Assembly: GCA_035458985.1 (NCBI GenBank)
Contig: DATHYR010000011.1
Span: forward strand, 23,491 to 87,490
DNA: 64,000 bases
Origin: Pseudomonadales bacterium
GTDB taxonomy: Bacteria; Pseudomonadota; Gammaproteobacteria; Pseudomonadales; JAHEIH01
Reading direction: 5' to 3'
Part shown: positions 1 to 9,836 of the stretch, piece by piece
Position numbering within the stretch: the first letter of the stretch is position 1
Layout of the letters: each line of letters starts with the position of its first letter
Position numbers and translations under genes: made by a program
The notes under the pieces: model-generated
Told to the model about the DNA's origin: nothing
What the model saw: the letters and a program-made list of their open reading frames with translations, nothing else
Database searches by the model: none

Positions 1-1
1 G

Positions 2-976
2 CGCGCCCTGACTCGCTTGCTGATCGATATATCACCCAAATATTTTGCCCATGACAAATTAGCCTTCTTCGAAGAAACCGGCGGCGTTGGTATTGAATTT
101 TCTCAACTACCGTTTGATCATTTGATCTTTACCGGCTCTGGTCAAACTGGCCGTAAGGTCATGGCGGCAGCCGCTCAAAACCTTGTGCCGGTGACGCTTG
201 AATTGGGCGGCAAGTGCCCAGCAATTATTGCGCCCGATTACGATTTGGCAAAAGCCGTTGAGCGCATTATGTTTGTCAAATTATTCAATGCTGGCCAGAT
301 CTGTACTAACGTTGACTATGTCTTTGTGCCCAGCGACAAACGCCAGCCGTTTATTGATTTGTGCATGGATTACGTGCAGCAGCACTGCCCTGATATCAAT
401 AGTCCAGACTTCACGTCTATTATTGATGACGTCGCCTACCGTCGTGTCCTGGAAACCATTGATGACGCGAAAGACAAAGGTGCAACTGTTATTAATATGC
501 AACCCGAGCAAGTATCTGCAGAGGGCATGCGCAAAGTCGCACCCCACTTGATTTTAGACACCACGGAAGAGATGAACATTCGTCACCGCGAGACCTTTGG
601 CCCGCTGCTTATGGTGCACACCTATGACAGTCCACAACAAGCCATCGATTACATTAATCATCGCGACCGACCTTTGGCAATCTATCCGTTCAGTAACGAT
701 AAAGCGTTGATTCAGCGCTATATCGATAGCACCATGTCTGGCGGTGTTTCCGTGAATGACGCGTTATTCCATGTTGCTCAGCACGACTTACCGTTTGGTG
801 GCGTTGGAGCGAGCGGCATGGGGCACTATCACGGTTTTGATGGTTTCCTGACCTTCTCAAAACTTCGTCCAGTGTTTTATCAAGCACCGGTGACAGCGAT
901 GAAATTCTTGGCACCTCCTTACGGCAATTTCGCCACCAAAATGTTAAACTTCTTGACCAAATTTAATTCGCGCTAG
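2..976 (+). CDS. Aldehyde dehydrogenase family protein (coniferyl-aldehyde-DH-like), C-terminal part; 5' end lies outside the window
   Basis: The reading frame is open to the left edge. ALDH signatures are present: ELGGKCP, the catalytic-Cys motif FNAGQICTNVDY, and PFGGVGASGMG. Confidence 0.85.
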   Translation, partial: RALTRLLIDISPKYFAHDKLAFFEETGGVGIEFSQLPFDHLIFTGSGQTGRKVMAAAAQNLVPVTLELGGKCPAIIAPDYDLAKAVERIMFVKLFNAGQICTNVDYVFVPSDKRQPFIDLCMDYVQQHCPDINSPDFTSIIDDVAYRRVLETIDDAKDKGATVINMQPEQVSAEGMRKVAPHLILDTTEEMNIRHRETFGPLLMVHTYDSPQQAIDYINHRDRPLAIYPFSNDKALIQRYIDSTMSGGVSVNDALFHVAQHDLPFGGVGASGMGHYHGFDGFLTFSKLRPVFYQAPVTAMKFLAPPYGNFATKMLNFLTKFNSR

Positions 977-1016
977 CGTTGCGGGACGCGCGCTAGCCCT
1001 TTACGGAGAACGCGCG

Positions 1017-1406
1017 ATGACCACGGGCAGTTGGATACCTGACGCTGAAAAATCATCAATTAACCTTCCCGGCGAGGCCATCCTCGCCGAATGGTCTGCC
1101 ATGGGTGAAGACGCCATCAGCAATCTCAATGAGAGCCATATCAAAACACTCTCAATCACCATGACGGCGGGTGTTGATCTCTGGCAAACTCACCTTGCCT
1201 GCTGCGATAACGTGACGCTTGAGAGCCTGTTAAGATTTTTTACCCTCGCTGAAATGCACCATTCTCAACTGCGCGCCGACAAGCATAACCCGGCGATAGC
1301 GTGTGCGAAGCTATTGCGCAAACGAGGCCACAGCCTCGACAAATCATTATTGCAATGGATTCGAAGCGTGTCAGATAACCGCTTCCTCCCTTACGGCCCT
1401 TTGTAA
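1017..1406 (+). CDS. Hypothetical protein (129 aa), no recognisable family
   Basis: ATG is preceded by GGAG 8 nt upstream. The stop overlaps the start of the next gene (TAATG at 1404-1408). Confidence 0.5.
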   Translation: MTTGSWIPDAEKSSINLPGEAILAEWSAMGEDAISNLNESHIKTLSITMTAGVDLWQTHLACCDNVTLESLLRFFTLAEMHHSQLRADKHNPAIACAKLLRKRGHSLDKSLLQWIRSVSDNRFLPYGPL

Positions 1407-2092
1407 TGGCAAGTGTCAACGTGGCTGAGCAGGCTCAGCCCTATATCGTGCCGCCGTGTTACCGCGACGTTCGGATCTTATACCAAGATGAGGCGCTCCT
1501 CTTAGTAGAAAAACCCGATCTTCTGCTGTCGGTGCCAGGTCGTCTTCCAGAGAATAAAGATTGTATGATCACGCGCGTGCAGCAACACTTTCCAACGGCA
1601 ACGGTTGTGCATCGTCTCGATTTAGATACGTCGGGAATCATGATCGTGCCACTGTGTCGCGAGGCACATGCAGAGCTATCGCGCCAGTTTCAACGACGTA
1701 GCATAGGTAAAACCTATACCGCCGTACTGTGGGGATTACTTGAAAAAGACGAGGGCATCATAGAATTACCGATTGCGTGTGACTGGCTGAATCGACCCAA
1801 ACAGAAAATATGCTATGAGCACGGCAAGCATGCGTTTACCGAATATCGCGTGATTTCACGCGATGAAAAAAACTTCTCTACTCGGGTGACACTGCACCCC
1901 GTTACGGGTCGTTCTCATCAGCTGCGTATTCACAGCCGTGAATTAGGTCATCCGATTCTAGGTTGTGACATGTATGCACACCCACAAGCGCTACAAGCAG
2001 CACCCCGACTCATGCTTCACGCAACAGAAATTCGCTTCACCCATCCACTTAACGGAACCATGGTGGTCGGCTACTCATCGCCGCCATTTTGA
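1406..2092 (+). CDS. rluA: RluA-family RNA pseudouridine synthase
   Basis: Catalytic motif VVHRLDLDTSGIMIV plus GRSHQLRIH. The length of 228 aa is typical of RluA. Confidence 0.85.
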   Translation: MASVNVAEQAQPYIVPPCYRDVRILYQDEALLLVEKPDLLLSVPGRLPENKDCMITRVQQHFPTATVVHRLDLDTSGIMIVPLCREAHAELSRQFQRRSIGKTYTAVLWGLLEKDEGIIELPIACDWLNRPKQKICYEHGKHAFTEYRVISRDEKNFSTRVTLHPVTGRSHQLRIHSRELGHPILGCDMYAHPQALQAAPRLMLHATEIRFTHPLNGTMVVGYSSPPF

Positions 2093-5010
2093 ACCAAGGC
2101 CTTGCTCACCCCCTCTGATGCCATCCGCTGCTGACGGATGCGACTATCAATGGGAAGTCGCCCCCCCATGGCCAAAATATCTTCCCTCGATACTGGCGGG
2201 CTAAACAAATATCCCTGTGCATAATCACAACGTCGGTGATACAGCAACTCATACTGCTCTAGTGTCTCAACACCTTCAGCCACCACCTCCAACCCGAGAC
2301 CGTGCGCCATCGCAATGGCGGCGGATACCAATTCATAATCGCCGTGATCTTCAACAATATCCGCGACAAATGAACGGTCTATTTTGAGAGTATCAAAGGG
2401 GTAATTGCGGAGATAGCTCAAGGAGGAATAACCTGTACCAAAGTCGTCCATGGAAATGGCAATACCTAAATCCGAGAACTCTTGCAGAGCTCGCTCGACA
2501 TTTTCGTGACCACTGATCAGAACACCCTCGGTAATTTCAAATTCAATATTGCGTGTGCTTAAACCGCGCGCGGCGAGTTGCGCCTCAATACCGCCATGCC
2601 AATTAGGATCGCGGAATTGTCTAGGTGACGCATTAAGCGCGACAATCAAATCGCTGTGGTAACGTTGACGCCAGTCAGCAGCAAGATCCAACGACTTCTC
2701 TAATACAAAACGGCCAATCTCCATGATGTAACCGGAGTGTTCCGCAATAGGAATAAACTCATCAGGACTGATATTACCACCCTGAGGATGCGCCCATCGA
2801 ACCAGGGCTTCAACCGTAGCAAATTTTCCCGACATCACAGAAACAATCGGCTGGAAGTGGACATAGAATTCGCCTCGGTCAATGGCACCATTCATCCAAG
2901 ATTCAATTTCCAAGCGACGCGCTACCTCTTTGTTCATCGCTTCAGTGAAGTAGGACCAGGAATTTCGACCCATTTTTTTGGCGTTATACATTGCCGAATC
3001 GGCGTGGCGTAGCATTTCCGACTCCGTTTTACCGTCGGTCGGGTATATCGAGATACCGATACTCACCCCCACCACCAACTCATACTCTTCCACCGAAATA
3101 GGTTCGCGAATAGACTCGAGAATTTTGCGGGCTACAATCTCAACATCTTCTTTATACTCGGTACCGTTTAACAGCACCAAAAATTCATCGCCGCCGAGGC
3201 GACCTACCGTGTCCTGATCACGAATAATGCCCTTCAAACGACGGCCCACCTCCACGAGTAATTCGTCGCCTACTTCGTGACCAAGCGAATCATTAATCTT
3301 TTTAAAGTCATCCAAATCAAGGAATAGCACCGCGACTTGTGAGCTATTGCGGCGCGAATTGCGCAGCATTTGCCCTAAGCGATCGAGCAGCAGTGCTCGG
3401 TTGGGCAGGCCGGTGAGGGCATCGTATTGCGCCTGGTGAATCATGTCAGCATAAGCCAACTTTTGTTCAGTAATATCGGTATGAATAGCAACAACGTTGC
3501 GAAGCGTGCCATCCTCATTCACGAAGGGCACAAAGGTAGTTTCTAGCCAGTAGCGTTCACCACTGCGCTTTATTAGGCTTAATTCTCCCTGCCATACCTT
3601 CCCTAAATTCATGGTGTCGAAAATATCTTTTAGGATTCGTTCGTTCTGATAATCGCCACCGAAGCGTTTAAAGCTAGAGCCAATAAGCTCGCTTCGAGAA
3701 TACCCACTTAATTCACTGAATTGGTCATTGGCATCGGTAAAGGTGCCATCAGCATCTGCAACAACGATGATGCAATGTTGATCAAAGGCGAAGCGCTGAT
3801 CTTCAAGCTCCTTCATAAAGAACCGAAGCCGCTGCTTGGCAGACATGAGAACTTCATCATCTTTATTAATGCGTGTTTCTACATGATCAATCAGCGTCCC
3901 TAGCAACTGAATTTGTTTACCCCCATCATTGGCGGAGACATCACCATAGTGAGTCACTGCGGCGAGACGCCCTATAGACACATTTATCTTGGCATAGATG
4001 TCACGCACATAGCCCCAGCCAATAACCACAGATAATAGTAAGGTAGAAATAACAGTGATAAAGGCGACAAGATGGTACTGGTAAAGGGTGGCAAAGATCT
4101 CACGCTTTTCCTGATATACCAGCACGCCAAGATTAAATTCTGGAATATAGCGCCACTGTGCTAATACATCATCACCGACATGGTTTTTTACGCTCTCCGT
4201 GCCGCTGGCGGACTTGAAAACACGAGCAAGTGCATTGCCATGCTGTCTCGCTTGGAGAGGTTCTACCAGAATTTCGGGCTGGCCATTATTAACGCTGGGA
4301 TAAATGAGTCCATACGCCGCATCACCGCCCAGTTCAATGAAAGCAATTTGCCCCGTGTTGGCAAAAGACATCTGACCGTGATTAAACAACTCAAGCTCTG
4401 AGGCTTGACGGCCCATGGCAATACTACCTAACACCTGTTCATTAACAATGAGCGGCGCAACAATATACGTCACGCGATTATTAATCAGCTCGGCACTGAC
4501 AGGACCGGCTTGCTGAAGTGATTCTAAACTTGGATAAAAGGGCGACGCACTGATCTGAAGGTGGTCATTGGCGGCACGGACTAATGGCTTAAGCTGGCGA
4601 GATAAATACTCTTCATTTAATTCTCGCTGCTGTAGTTCAAAGACCGGATTAACGCGAAAGATTAAGCGGTGCTTACTGTCAAAAACCAAGATGTTGACAA
4701 AATTTCTACGATCCGCAAAACCATTCAAGGCCTCAATTAAATGCGCTTTATCAACCTCGGCATTTGATTGCCAAAAACGCGCAAATTTTTCATCCAGAAA
4801 GGGCCATTCATACAGAGACAAGACATCTTGCTGATTACTATTGAAAAGAAGGGTCAATTGATGGAATTTTTCTAAACTTTGTGCGCTCAAACGGCTTTCC
4901 GCCGACGCCTTCAAATCCTCTTTCAATGCTTGGCTAAGGACGAAGTACAATCCACCAAGTAAAAAAAGCATCAAAAAGACAAGGCCCAAATTGGCGTAAC
5001 GTCGGTTCAT
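2071..5010 (-). CDS. Membrane sensor with periplasmic domain, PAS, GGDEF and EAL domains (diguanylate cyclase/phosphodiesterase)
   Basis: Two TM segments flank a periplasmic region of about 290 aa. Intact motifs: RLGGDEFLVLL, EALVRW, DDFGTGYSSL, KIDRSF, EGVE. I chose the start at 5010 (MNRRYANLGLVFLML...) because it forms an ATGA overlap with the upstream stop. Confidence 0.9.
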   Translation of the reverse strand: MNRRYANLGLVFLMLFLLGGLYFVLSQALKEDLKASAESRLSAQSLEKFHQLTLLFNSNQQDVLSLYEWPFLDEKFARFWQSNAEVDKAHLIEALNGFADRRNFVNILVFDSKHRLIFRVNPVFELQQRELNEEYLSRQLKPLVRAANDHLQISASPFYPSLESLQQAGPVSAELINNRVTYIVAPLIVNEQVLGSIAMGRQASELELFNHGQMSFANTGQIAFIELGGDAAYGLIYPSVNNGQPEILVEPLQARQHGNALARVFKSASGTESVKNHVGDDVLAQWRYIPEFNLGVLVYQEKREIFATLYQYHLVAFITVISTLLLSVVIGWGYVRDIYAKINVSIGRLAAVTHYGDVSANDGGKQIQLLGTLIDHVETRINKDDEVLMSAKQRLRFFMKELEDQRFAFDQHCIIVVADADGTFTDANDQFSELSGYSRSELIGSSFKRFGGDYQNERILKDIFDTMNLGKVWQGELSLIKRSGERYWLETTFVPFVNEDGTLRNVVAIHTDITEQKLAYADMIHQAQYDALTGLPNRALLLDRLGQMLRNSRRNSSQVAVLFLDLDDFKKINDSLGHEVGDELLVEVGRRLKGIIRDQDTVGRLGGDEFLVLLNGTEYKEDVEIVARKILESIREPISVEEYELVVGVSIGISIYPTDGKTESEMLRHADSAMYNAKKMGRNSWSYFTEAMNKEVARRLEIESWMNGAIDRGEFYVHFQPIVSVMSGKFATVEALVRWAHPQGGNISPDEFIPIAEHSGYIMEIGRFVLEKSLDLAADWRQRYHSDLIVALNASPRQFRDPNWHGGIEAQLAARGLSTRNIEFEITEGVLISGHENVERALQEFSDLGIAISMDDFGTGYSSLSYLRNYPFDTLKIDRSFVADIVEDHGDYELVSAAIAMAHGLGLEVVAEGVETLEQYELLYHRRCDYAQGYLFSPPVSREDILAMGGRLPIDSRIRQQRMASEGVSKALVQNGGDE

Positions 5011-6266
5011 TTTGTATCTGCCACCATGGCCACGGCCTGCCATTTCTCGCCCCATTGAATATAGAGATCGTCAAGGTATTGATGCCATTTGCGCTTGCTA
5101 AAAAATACCGGATAGGGCGTGGGAGGGATGTATTCGAGATCGGTATAAATCACGCTAAAGCCCGCTAAGTTATCTAATTTGGCCAAATAAAATTTTCGCC
5201 AAACATGATTGGTATCGATGGCCACCACAAGGCGATCAGCGGGACCGTCGACAGATAATGAGGTTAGGTTGTGAATCACATCATTGGTGTGAAATGAATT
5301 CGATAACCGGACGGCATGTGCCCATAAATAAACCCCAGTATATGCTGCCTCAACCGCGGCAGAAACAATCATATTTTCCCCTGCAAAGGCTTTAAAGCGG
5401 GTAATGAAGTCCCTATTTTCCACCCTTGGTAAACTCTGAAAATAACTATTAGCAACATAAACAGGAAAGTTAATATGCCGTATATTCAGGTCCGACTCGG
5501 AAATACTGGTAGCAATCACGGCGGTCTGCTCATTGGATGAGGCTAATAATCGATAAAACTCACGATTGCTAGAACCATTCAACGTGCTGAAAATAAAATC
5601 TGGCTTGGCTGCCTGAACACGCGCCAGCAAACCCTGTAAACGCTCATCGCCCAATAAAAAATAAACCTCATCAACAACTTCACCGCCCAGCATGGTCACT
5701 TGGTTAGACGCAATCACATTGGCAATGCGAGGGAAAACATAGTCTGATCCTACCAACATGACCCGTGGACCAATATTTTTTAACCCCCACGCCAGCGCTG
5801 GCATCACTTGCTGCGCGGCGGTAGAACCGGTGTACAAGATATTGGGGGATGCCTCTACCCCTTCAAACTGAACGGGATACACGAGTAAACGGCCACTTCC
5901 CTCAAATAAAGGCTTAATCGTTTTGCGACACGACGAGGTCCAGCAACCAAACACCGTGCTCGCGTTATCCTCCTGTATCAGGGTTTTCGCTAAACGAAAA
6001 AATTGCTTATCGTCACTTTGCCCGTCGTACAGTATTGGCTCAATCTGTCTTCCCAGAAGACCACCATCACGATTGATCTCGTCGATCGCCATCATAGTAG
6101 CCATGGCAACGGGTTTTTCTGACTCCGCCATCGTTCCCGTCAAGGAATGCAATACGCCGACTTTAATTGTCGAATTTGTCGGGTCACATGCAGCAATCAG
6201 CAAAAGTACCGATAAAACGATACCAAGACGCGCTTGATAAACTGGCGTACTATTCAATCCACCCAA
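5007..6266 (-). CDS. Periplasmic binding protein, type-1 fold (UrtA/AmiC/LivK-like), probable lipoprotein
   Basis: IKVGVLHSLTGTMAESEKPV...AIDEINRDGGLLGRQIEPILYDGQSD resembles amide/urea/branched-chain-amino-acid binding proteins. Lipobox-like LLIAAC. TTG start with a strong GGGAGGA SD. Confidence 0.75.
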   Translation of the reverse strand: MGGLNSTPVYQARLGIVLSVLLLIAACDPTNSTIKVGVLHSLTGTMAESEKPVAMATMMAIDEINRDGGLLGRQIEPILYDGQSDDKQFFRLAKTLIQEDNASTVFGCWTSSCRKTIKPLFEGSGRLLVYPVQFEGVEASPNILYTGSTAAQQVMPALAWGLKNIGPRVMLVGSDYVFPRIANVIASNQVTMLGGEVVDEVYFLLGDERLQGLLARVQAAKPDFIFSTLNGSSNREFYRLLASSNEQTAVIATSISESDLNIRHINFPVYVANSYFQSLPRVENRDFITRFKAFAGENMIVSAAVEAAYTGVYLWAHAVRLSNSFHTNDVIHNLTSLSVDGPADRLVVAIDTNHVWRKFYLAKLDNLAGFSVIYTDLEYIPPTPYPVFFSKRKWHQYLDDLYIQWGEKWQAVAMVADTK

Positions 6267-6339
6267 CAGATATCCTCCCTTGTTAGCATAGAGAAATTAT
6301 AGTTAAGATCTAACAAATCGACTGAGGAATTTACCAAGA

Positions 6340-7515
6340 CTAACGATTAAAACGCTGGTACGTGCGTTCCATATACCTAGCGGCAGCAGGAGCATTAAGA
6401 ACCCCGCCACTATAACGAACAAAACCGCGGGACATGGCGTCCCAAACGATCACCATTTCAGGGCTATCTGGCATGATAACGGAGCGCTCCAACTGCTTGA
6501 TAAATACCGCATTCAAGCCATCGCCACTATTTATAAATTCTTGTCTAGCCCGTCTATTCACAGGCATCTGGGAGCCCTGCTGCAATAATTTAACTTGAAA
6601 GTCGGCACTTTGTACGTGGCGAGCAAACGAACGTAAGGCAGCCAATTTTTCAGGGCTGTGCCGGCTAAGCGCAGGAAAAACGATGACATAGGCAGAATAA
6701 TAAGAGCGCATAGGAAGACCATCGATATCGGGAAGCAAAGCGACACCAAGGTTATCACCTAAATGGCCTGATAACGCTTCTATCGCCCACGTGCCATTAA
6801 TATGGTAAGGCACGTCTCCCTCTACAAATCGCGCTAAACTGCAGCTGTAATTGCAGTTAGGATTGACCACTCCACGACTCGCAAGTTGCTTATAAAAACT
6901 CAGCGCATCGATCATCTCAGGCGTATCTAAATGTGGTTCACCATCGTGTAAAAATTTGACGCCTTTGGAAAGCACAAAGGGGGCAAACCAATACATCTCG
7001 TTATAACTCCAACTAAATATTGGCGTTTGATATGACGGAGATAGTTGATCCCACCCTGTCAACGGCTGATCGACTAAGGCTTTGTTATAAAATTGGAGCA
7101 AATGATTCCCCACCACAAAGGGAATAGCTTTCTGTGCGGCCACGGCGGGGACTTGCTCGGCAAGCTCGGGGGCTAAATCTGCCAAAAACCATGACGATGG
7201 CAATCTTTCAATCGCTAAATTTGGCAAGTTGGAGATATCTGGAGGTACTAACAACACGTCGGGCAGTGCGTCAACCTGACGACTTCTGAACAACTCACTT
7301 TTAAGCTGCTCTTGGTCAATAAAAATGGCTTTTAGTTGCAACTGCTGCTCACGCGCTTCATCGCGAAGCAAGGTGAGCAACCTTGATTCACTGTGACTGG
7401 TGACGAGGTTAATCTGCTCAGCCGCCACATAAGCACTAAACAATAAGGGCACACAGCACATTAATGCACCAGCGCATAACCTCGTCCATGTGGATGTGTT
7501 AAATACTTTAGCCAT
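6340..7515 (-). CDS. Extracellular solute-binding protein, family-1-like (sugar/polyamine SBP fold), orphan
   Basis: Signal peptide MAKVFNTSTWTRLCAGALMCCVPLLFSAYVAA. The overall length and the W/Y-rich pattern fit an SBP. The start at 7515 was chosen for the signal peptide, and no clear SD is present. Confidence 0.6.
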   Translation of the reverse strand: MAKVFNTSTWTRLCAGALMCCVPLLFSAYVAAEQINLVTSHSESRLLTLLRDEAREQQLQLKAIFIDQEQLKSELFRSRQVDALPDVLLVPPDISNLPNLAIERLPSSWFLADLAPELAEQVPAVAAQKAIPFVVGNHLLQFYNKALVDQPLTGWDQLSPSYQTPIFSWSYNEMYWFAPFVLSKGVKFLHDGEPHLDTPEMIDALSFYKQLASRGVVNPNCNYSCSLARFVEGDVPYHINGTWAIEALSGHLGDNLGVALLPDIDGLPMRSYYSAYVIVFPALSRHSPEKLAALRSFARHVQSADFQVKLLQQGSQMPVNRRARQEFINSGDGLNAVFIKQLERSVIMPDSPEMVIVWDAMSRGFVRYSGGVLNAPAAARYMERTYQRFNR

Positions 7516-7552
7516 ACACGAATATAGACAAGATTTTGGCAGGGCGTAAGAT

Positions 7553-8032
7553 TTATTTAGTACCCGCCAATCGTTCCAGTGCCTCACCACTTGTCCGGTA
7601 GATTATCCACTCCGATTGTGGCTTTGCACCCAAGGACTCATAAAATTCAATTGCGGGTGTATTCCAGTCCAACACACTCCATTCGAAACGTCCACAACCA
7701 CGCTCGACAGCCACCTTGGCCAGCGCCTGTAAAAGCGCTTTACCCGCGCCCAAACCCCGCGATTCGGGCATGACAAACAAATCCTCGAGGTACAATCCGG
7801 GCTTGCCCAACCATGTGGAAAAGTTGAAAAAATACAAAGCAAAGCCGATGGGCTGATCATCCATCTCAGCCATAAGGCAACCGCAGTGTGCGCTATCACC
7901 AAACAACGCCTCGTGCAGCTGGGGCGCGGTGGCATGAACCTCATGTTCCGCTTTTTCATAAATGGCTAATTGACGGATAAACCAAAGTATTTGACTAACA
8001 TCTGTCGGATTAGCAGGACGAATAGTAAGCAT
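7553..8032 (-). CDS. GNAT family N-acetyltransferase
   Basis: Acetyl-CoA binding motif RGLGAGKALLQAL. About 159 aa. AGGA SD upstream of the ATG at 8032. Confidence 0.8.
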   Translation of the reverse strand: MLTIRPANPTDVSQILWFIRQLAIYEKAEHEVHATAPQLHEALFGDSAHCGCLMAEMDDQPIGFALYFFNFSTWLGKPGLYLEDLFVMPESRGLGAGKALLQALAKVAVERGCGRFEWSVLDWNTPAIEFYESLGAKPQSEWIIYRTSGEALERLAGTK

Positions 8033-8042
8033 AATTAGATTC

Positions 8043-9776
8043 CTAGTGAGGCGAGCTGATTTCGCCTGGTCCTTCTCCGTGAAGGGTTCGCCAGGCATCA
8101 TATTGACTAAGAAACACTTGACCGGTTAAGTCGTGCATCAAATGTGTTTTTTGCAAGCGATCCATCACAGGGCCTTTAATCTCTGAAAAATGAAACGTGA
8201 CACCACTGTCTTTCAAGCGTAAATTAATCGCTTCAAGGCTTTCGAGGGCAGAGGCATCGATCAAGTTTACCGCGGGGCACATCATAATAAAGTGCTTCAC
8301 GTGACGATGCTGAGAAATTAAATCGTGGACACGATCCTCCAAGTACCTTGCATTGGCAAAATACAAACTCTCGTCGACCCTGAGGGTTAGAATTTCACGA
8401 TCAATTTCTACGTTAAAACGCTCAATATTGCGAAAGTGTTCCTTACCTGGCACCCGGCCTACAATGGCACTGTGAGGCGAACTTGTGCGATATAAAAACA
8501 AGAGTATTGACAGTCCAACTCCGGCGAGAATCCCAAGCTCAACACCCATCATCAACGTCACAACAATGGTCGCGGCCATCGATACAAAATCACTGGGCGA
8601 ATAACGCCACGTCTCTTTAATCGCCTTCACATCAACAAGAGAAAGCACCGCCACGATGATTGTCGCCGCGAGCGTAGCCTGTGGCAAAAAGTGGATCAAC
8701 GGGGTAAGAAAAAGCGTTGCCAGGGCGATACCTACCGCCGTAAATATGCCTGCTGCCGGTGTTTCTGCGCCAGCATCAAAGTTCACCACCGACCGTGAAA
8801 ACCCTCCGGTCACTGGAAATCCTCCCGATATCGCCGAAGCCACATTGGAGGCACCTAAGCCAATCAACTCCTGATTAGGCGAAATCCGTTGTCTTCGCTT
8901 GGCAGCCAAGGTCTGTGCAACCGATACCGACTCAACAAAACCGACGATTGAAATTAATAATGCAGAGACAAAAAGCTCTTTCCATAAAGGCACGTCAAAA
9001 TCGGGCAGCACCAAGCTTGGTAACCCTGAAGGTACGACACCGACAATGTTGACTCCCTGCTGATCCAGGCCAAAGGCGTAGGTTACTATGGTAGTACCGA
9101 CCACTGCCAATACAGGGCCCGCCTTCGCCACAAGATCGGCGGGACGCGGCGCCATCCCAAGTTTAATCAACAAAGGCTTAAGTTGGTGACGCACCCATAT
9201 CAGAAACACAAGCGCGGTTAAGCCCACGGCTAATGTTGTCATATTGGTATGCGATATATTTGCGGCTAACTCCACCAGAAGCTCATAAAGACTGTGGCCG
9301 TTAGCCTGTACACCCAGGATATGTTTCAACTGACTCGCGGCAATAATCAAACCTGAAGCGGTAATAAACCCTGAAATCACAGGATGACTAAGAAAATTAG
9401 CCAGCATACCCATCTGGAAGACCCCCATGGCAATGAGGATCAAACCAGAGATAAGGGCCAACACAATGGCCGCCGCCAAATATTCTGACGGCGTCGCTAG
9501 GTTCAAGTTACCCACGGCAGCGGCTGTCATCAATGACACCACAGCTACGGGTCCTACCGCGAGTGTTCGGCTTGTGCCAAATATGGCGTATGCGACGAGA
9601 GGTAAAATACTGGCATAAAGACCCACCTCAGCGGGCAATCCCGCCAATAACGCGTAAGCCAATGACTGAGGAATAAGCATGATGGTGACAATGAGTGCAG
9701 CAACAAGATCACTGGTCAATACATCTCTGTTGTAGCTCGCCAGCCACGCAGTGCAAGGAAGAAAACGTTTAAACAT
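8043..9776 (-). CDS. SulP family anion (sulfate-type) permease with C-terminal STAS domain
   Basis: The N-terminus (LTSDLVAALIVTIMLIPQSLAYALLAGLP) and the C-terminal STAS-like segment (LTLRVDESLYFANARYLED...) are typical of SulP. Confidence 0.85.
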   Translation of the reverse strand: MFKRFLPCTAWLASYNRDVLTSDLVAALIVTIMLIPQSLAYALLAGLPAEVGLYASILPLVAYAIFGTSRTLAVGPVAVVSLMTAAAVGNLNLATPSEYLAAAIVLALISGLILIAMGVFQMGMLANFLSHPVISGFITASGLIIAASQLKHILGVQANGHSLYELLVELAANISHTNMTTLAVGLTALVFLIWVRHQLKPLLIKLGMAPRPADLVAKAGPVLAVVGTTIVTYAFGLDQQGVNIVGVVPSGLPSLVLPDFDVPLWKELFVSALLISIVGFVESVSVAQTLAAKRRQRISPNQELIGLGASNVASAISGGFPVTGGFSRSVVNFDAGAETPAAGIFTAVGIALATLFLTPLIHFLPQATLAATIIVAVLSLVDVKAIKETWRYSPSDFVSMAATIVVTLMMGVELGILAGVGLSILLFLYRTSSPHSAIVGRVPGKEHFRNIERFNVEIDREILTLRVDESLYFANARYLEDRVHDLISQHRHVKHFIMMCPAVNLIDASALESLEAINLRLKDSGVTFHFSEIKGPVMDRLQKTHLMHDLTGQVFLSQYDAWRTLHGEGPGEISSPH

Positions 9777-9794
9777 AATTGGCTCAATAACGGC

Positions 9795-9826
9795 AGAAAA
9801 AGCGTCAGGAGGGAATGCCTCCCTCC
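9795..9826 (-). terminator. Possible intra-array hairpin/weak terminator between the SQR-fusion gene and sulP
   Basis: On the minus strand, GGAGGGA-ggcat-TCCCTCC (9826..9808) is followed by a moderately T-rich tract. Confidence 0.3.
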
Positions 9827-9836
9827 CATTGTGGCC

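Noticed and set aside
5011-5055. N-terminal extensions suggested by the raw ORF track: 5055 for the GGDEF-EAL gene, 7590 for the SBP, 8101 for the GNAT, 12539 for the dioxygenase, 13880 for the response regulator, 25509 for pgpA, 30940 for glyA, 21038 for xseB and 43114 for dnaB.
   Set aside because: Internal ATG starts give canonical N-termini or signal peptides, better SD spacing, or ATGA/TAATG coupling with the upstream gene. The extensions overlap neighbouring genes or promoters.
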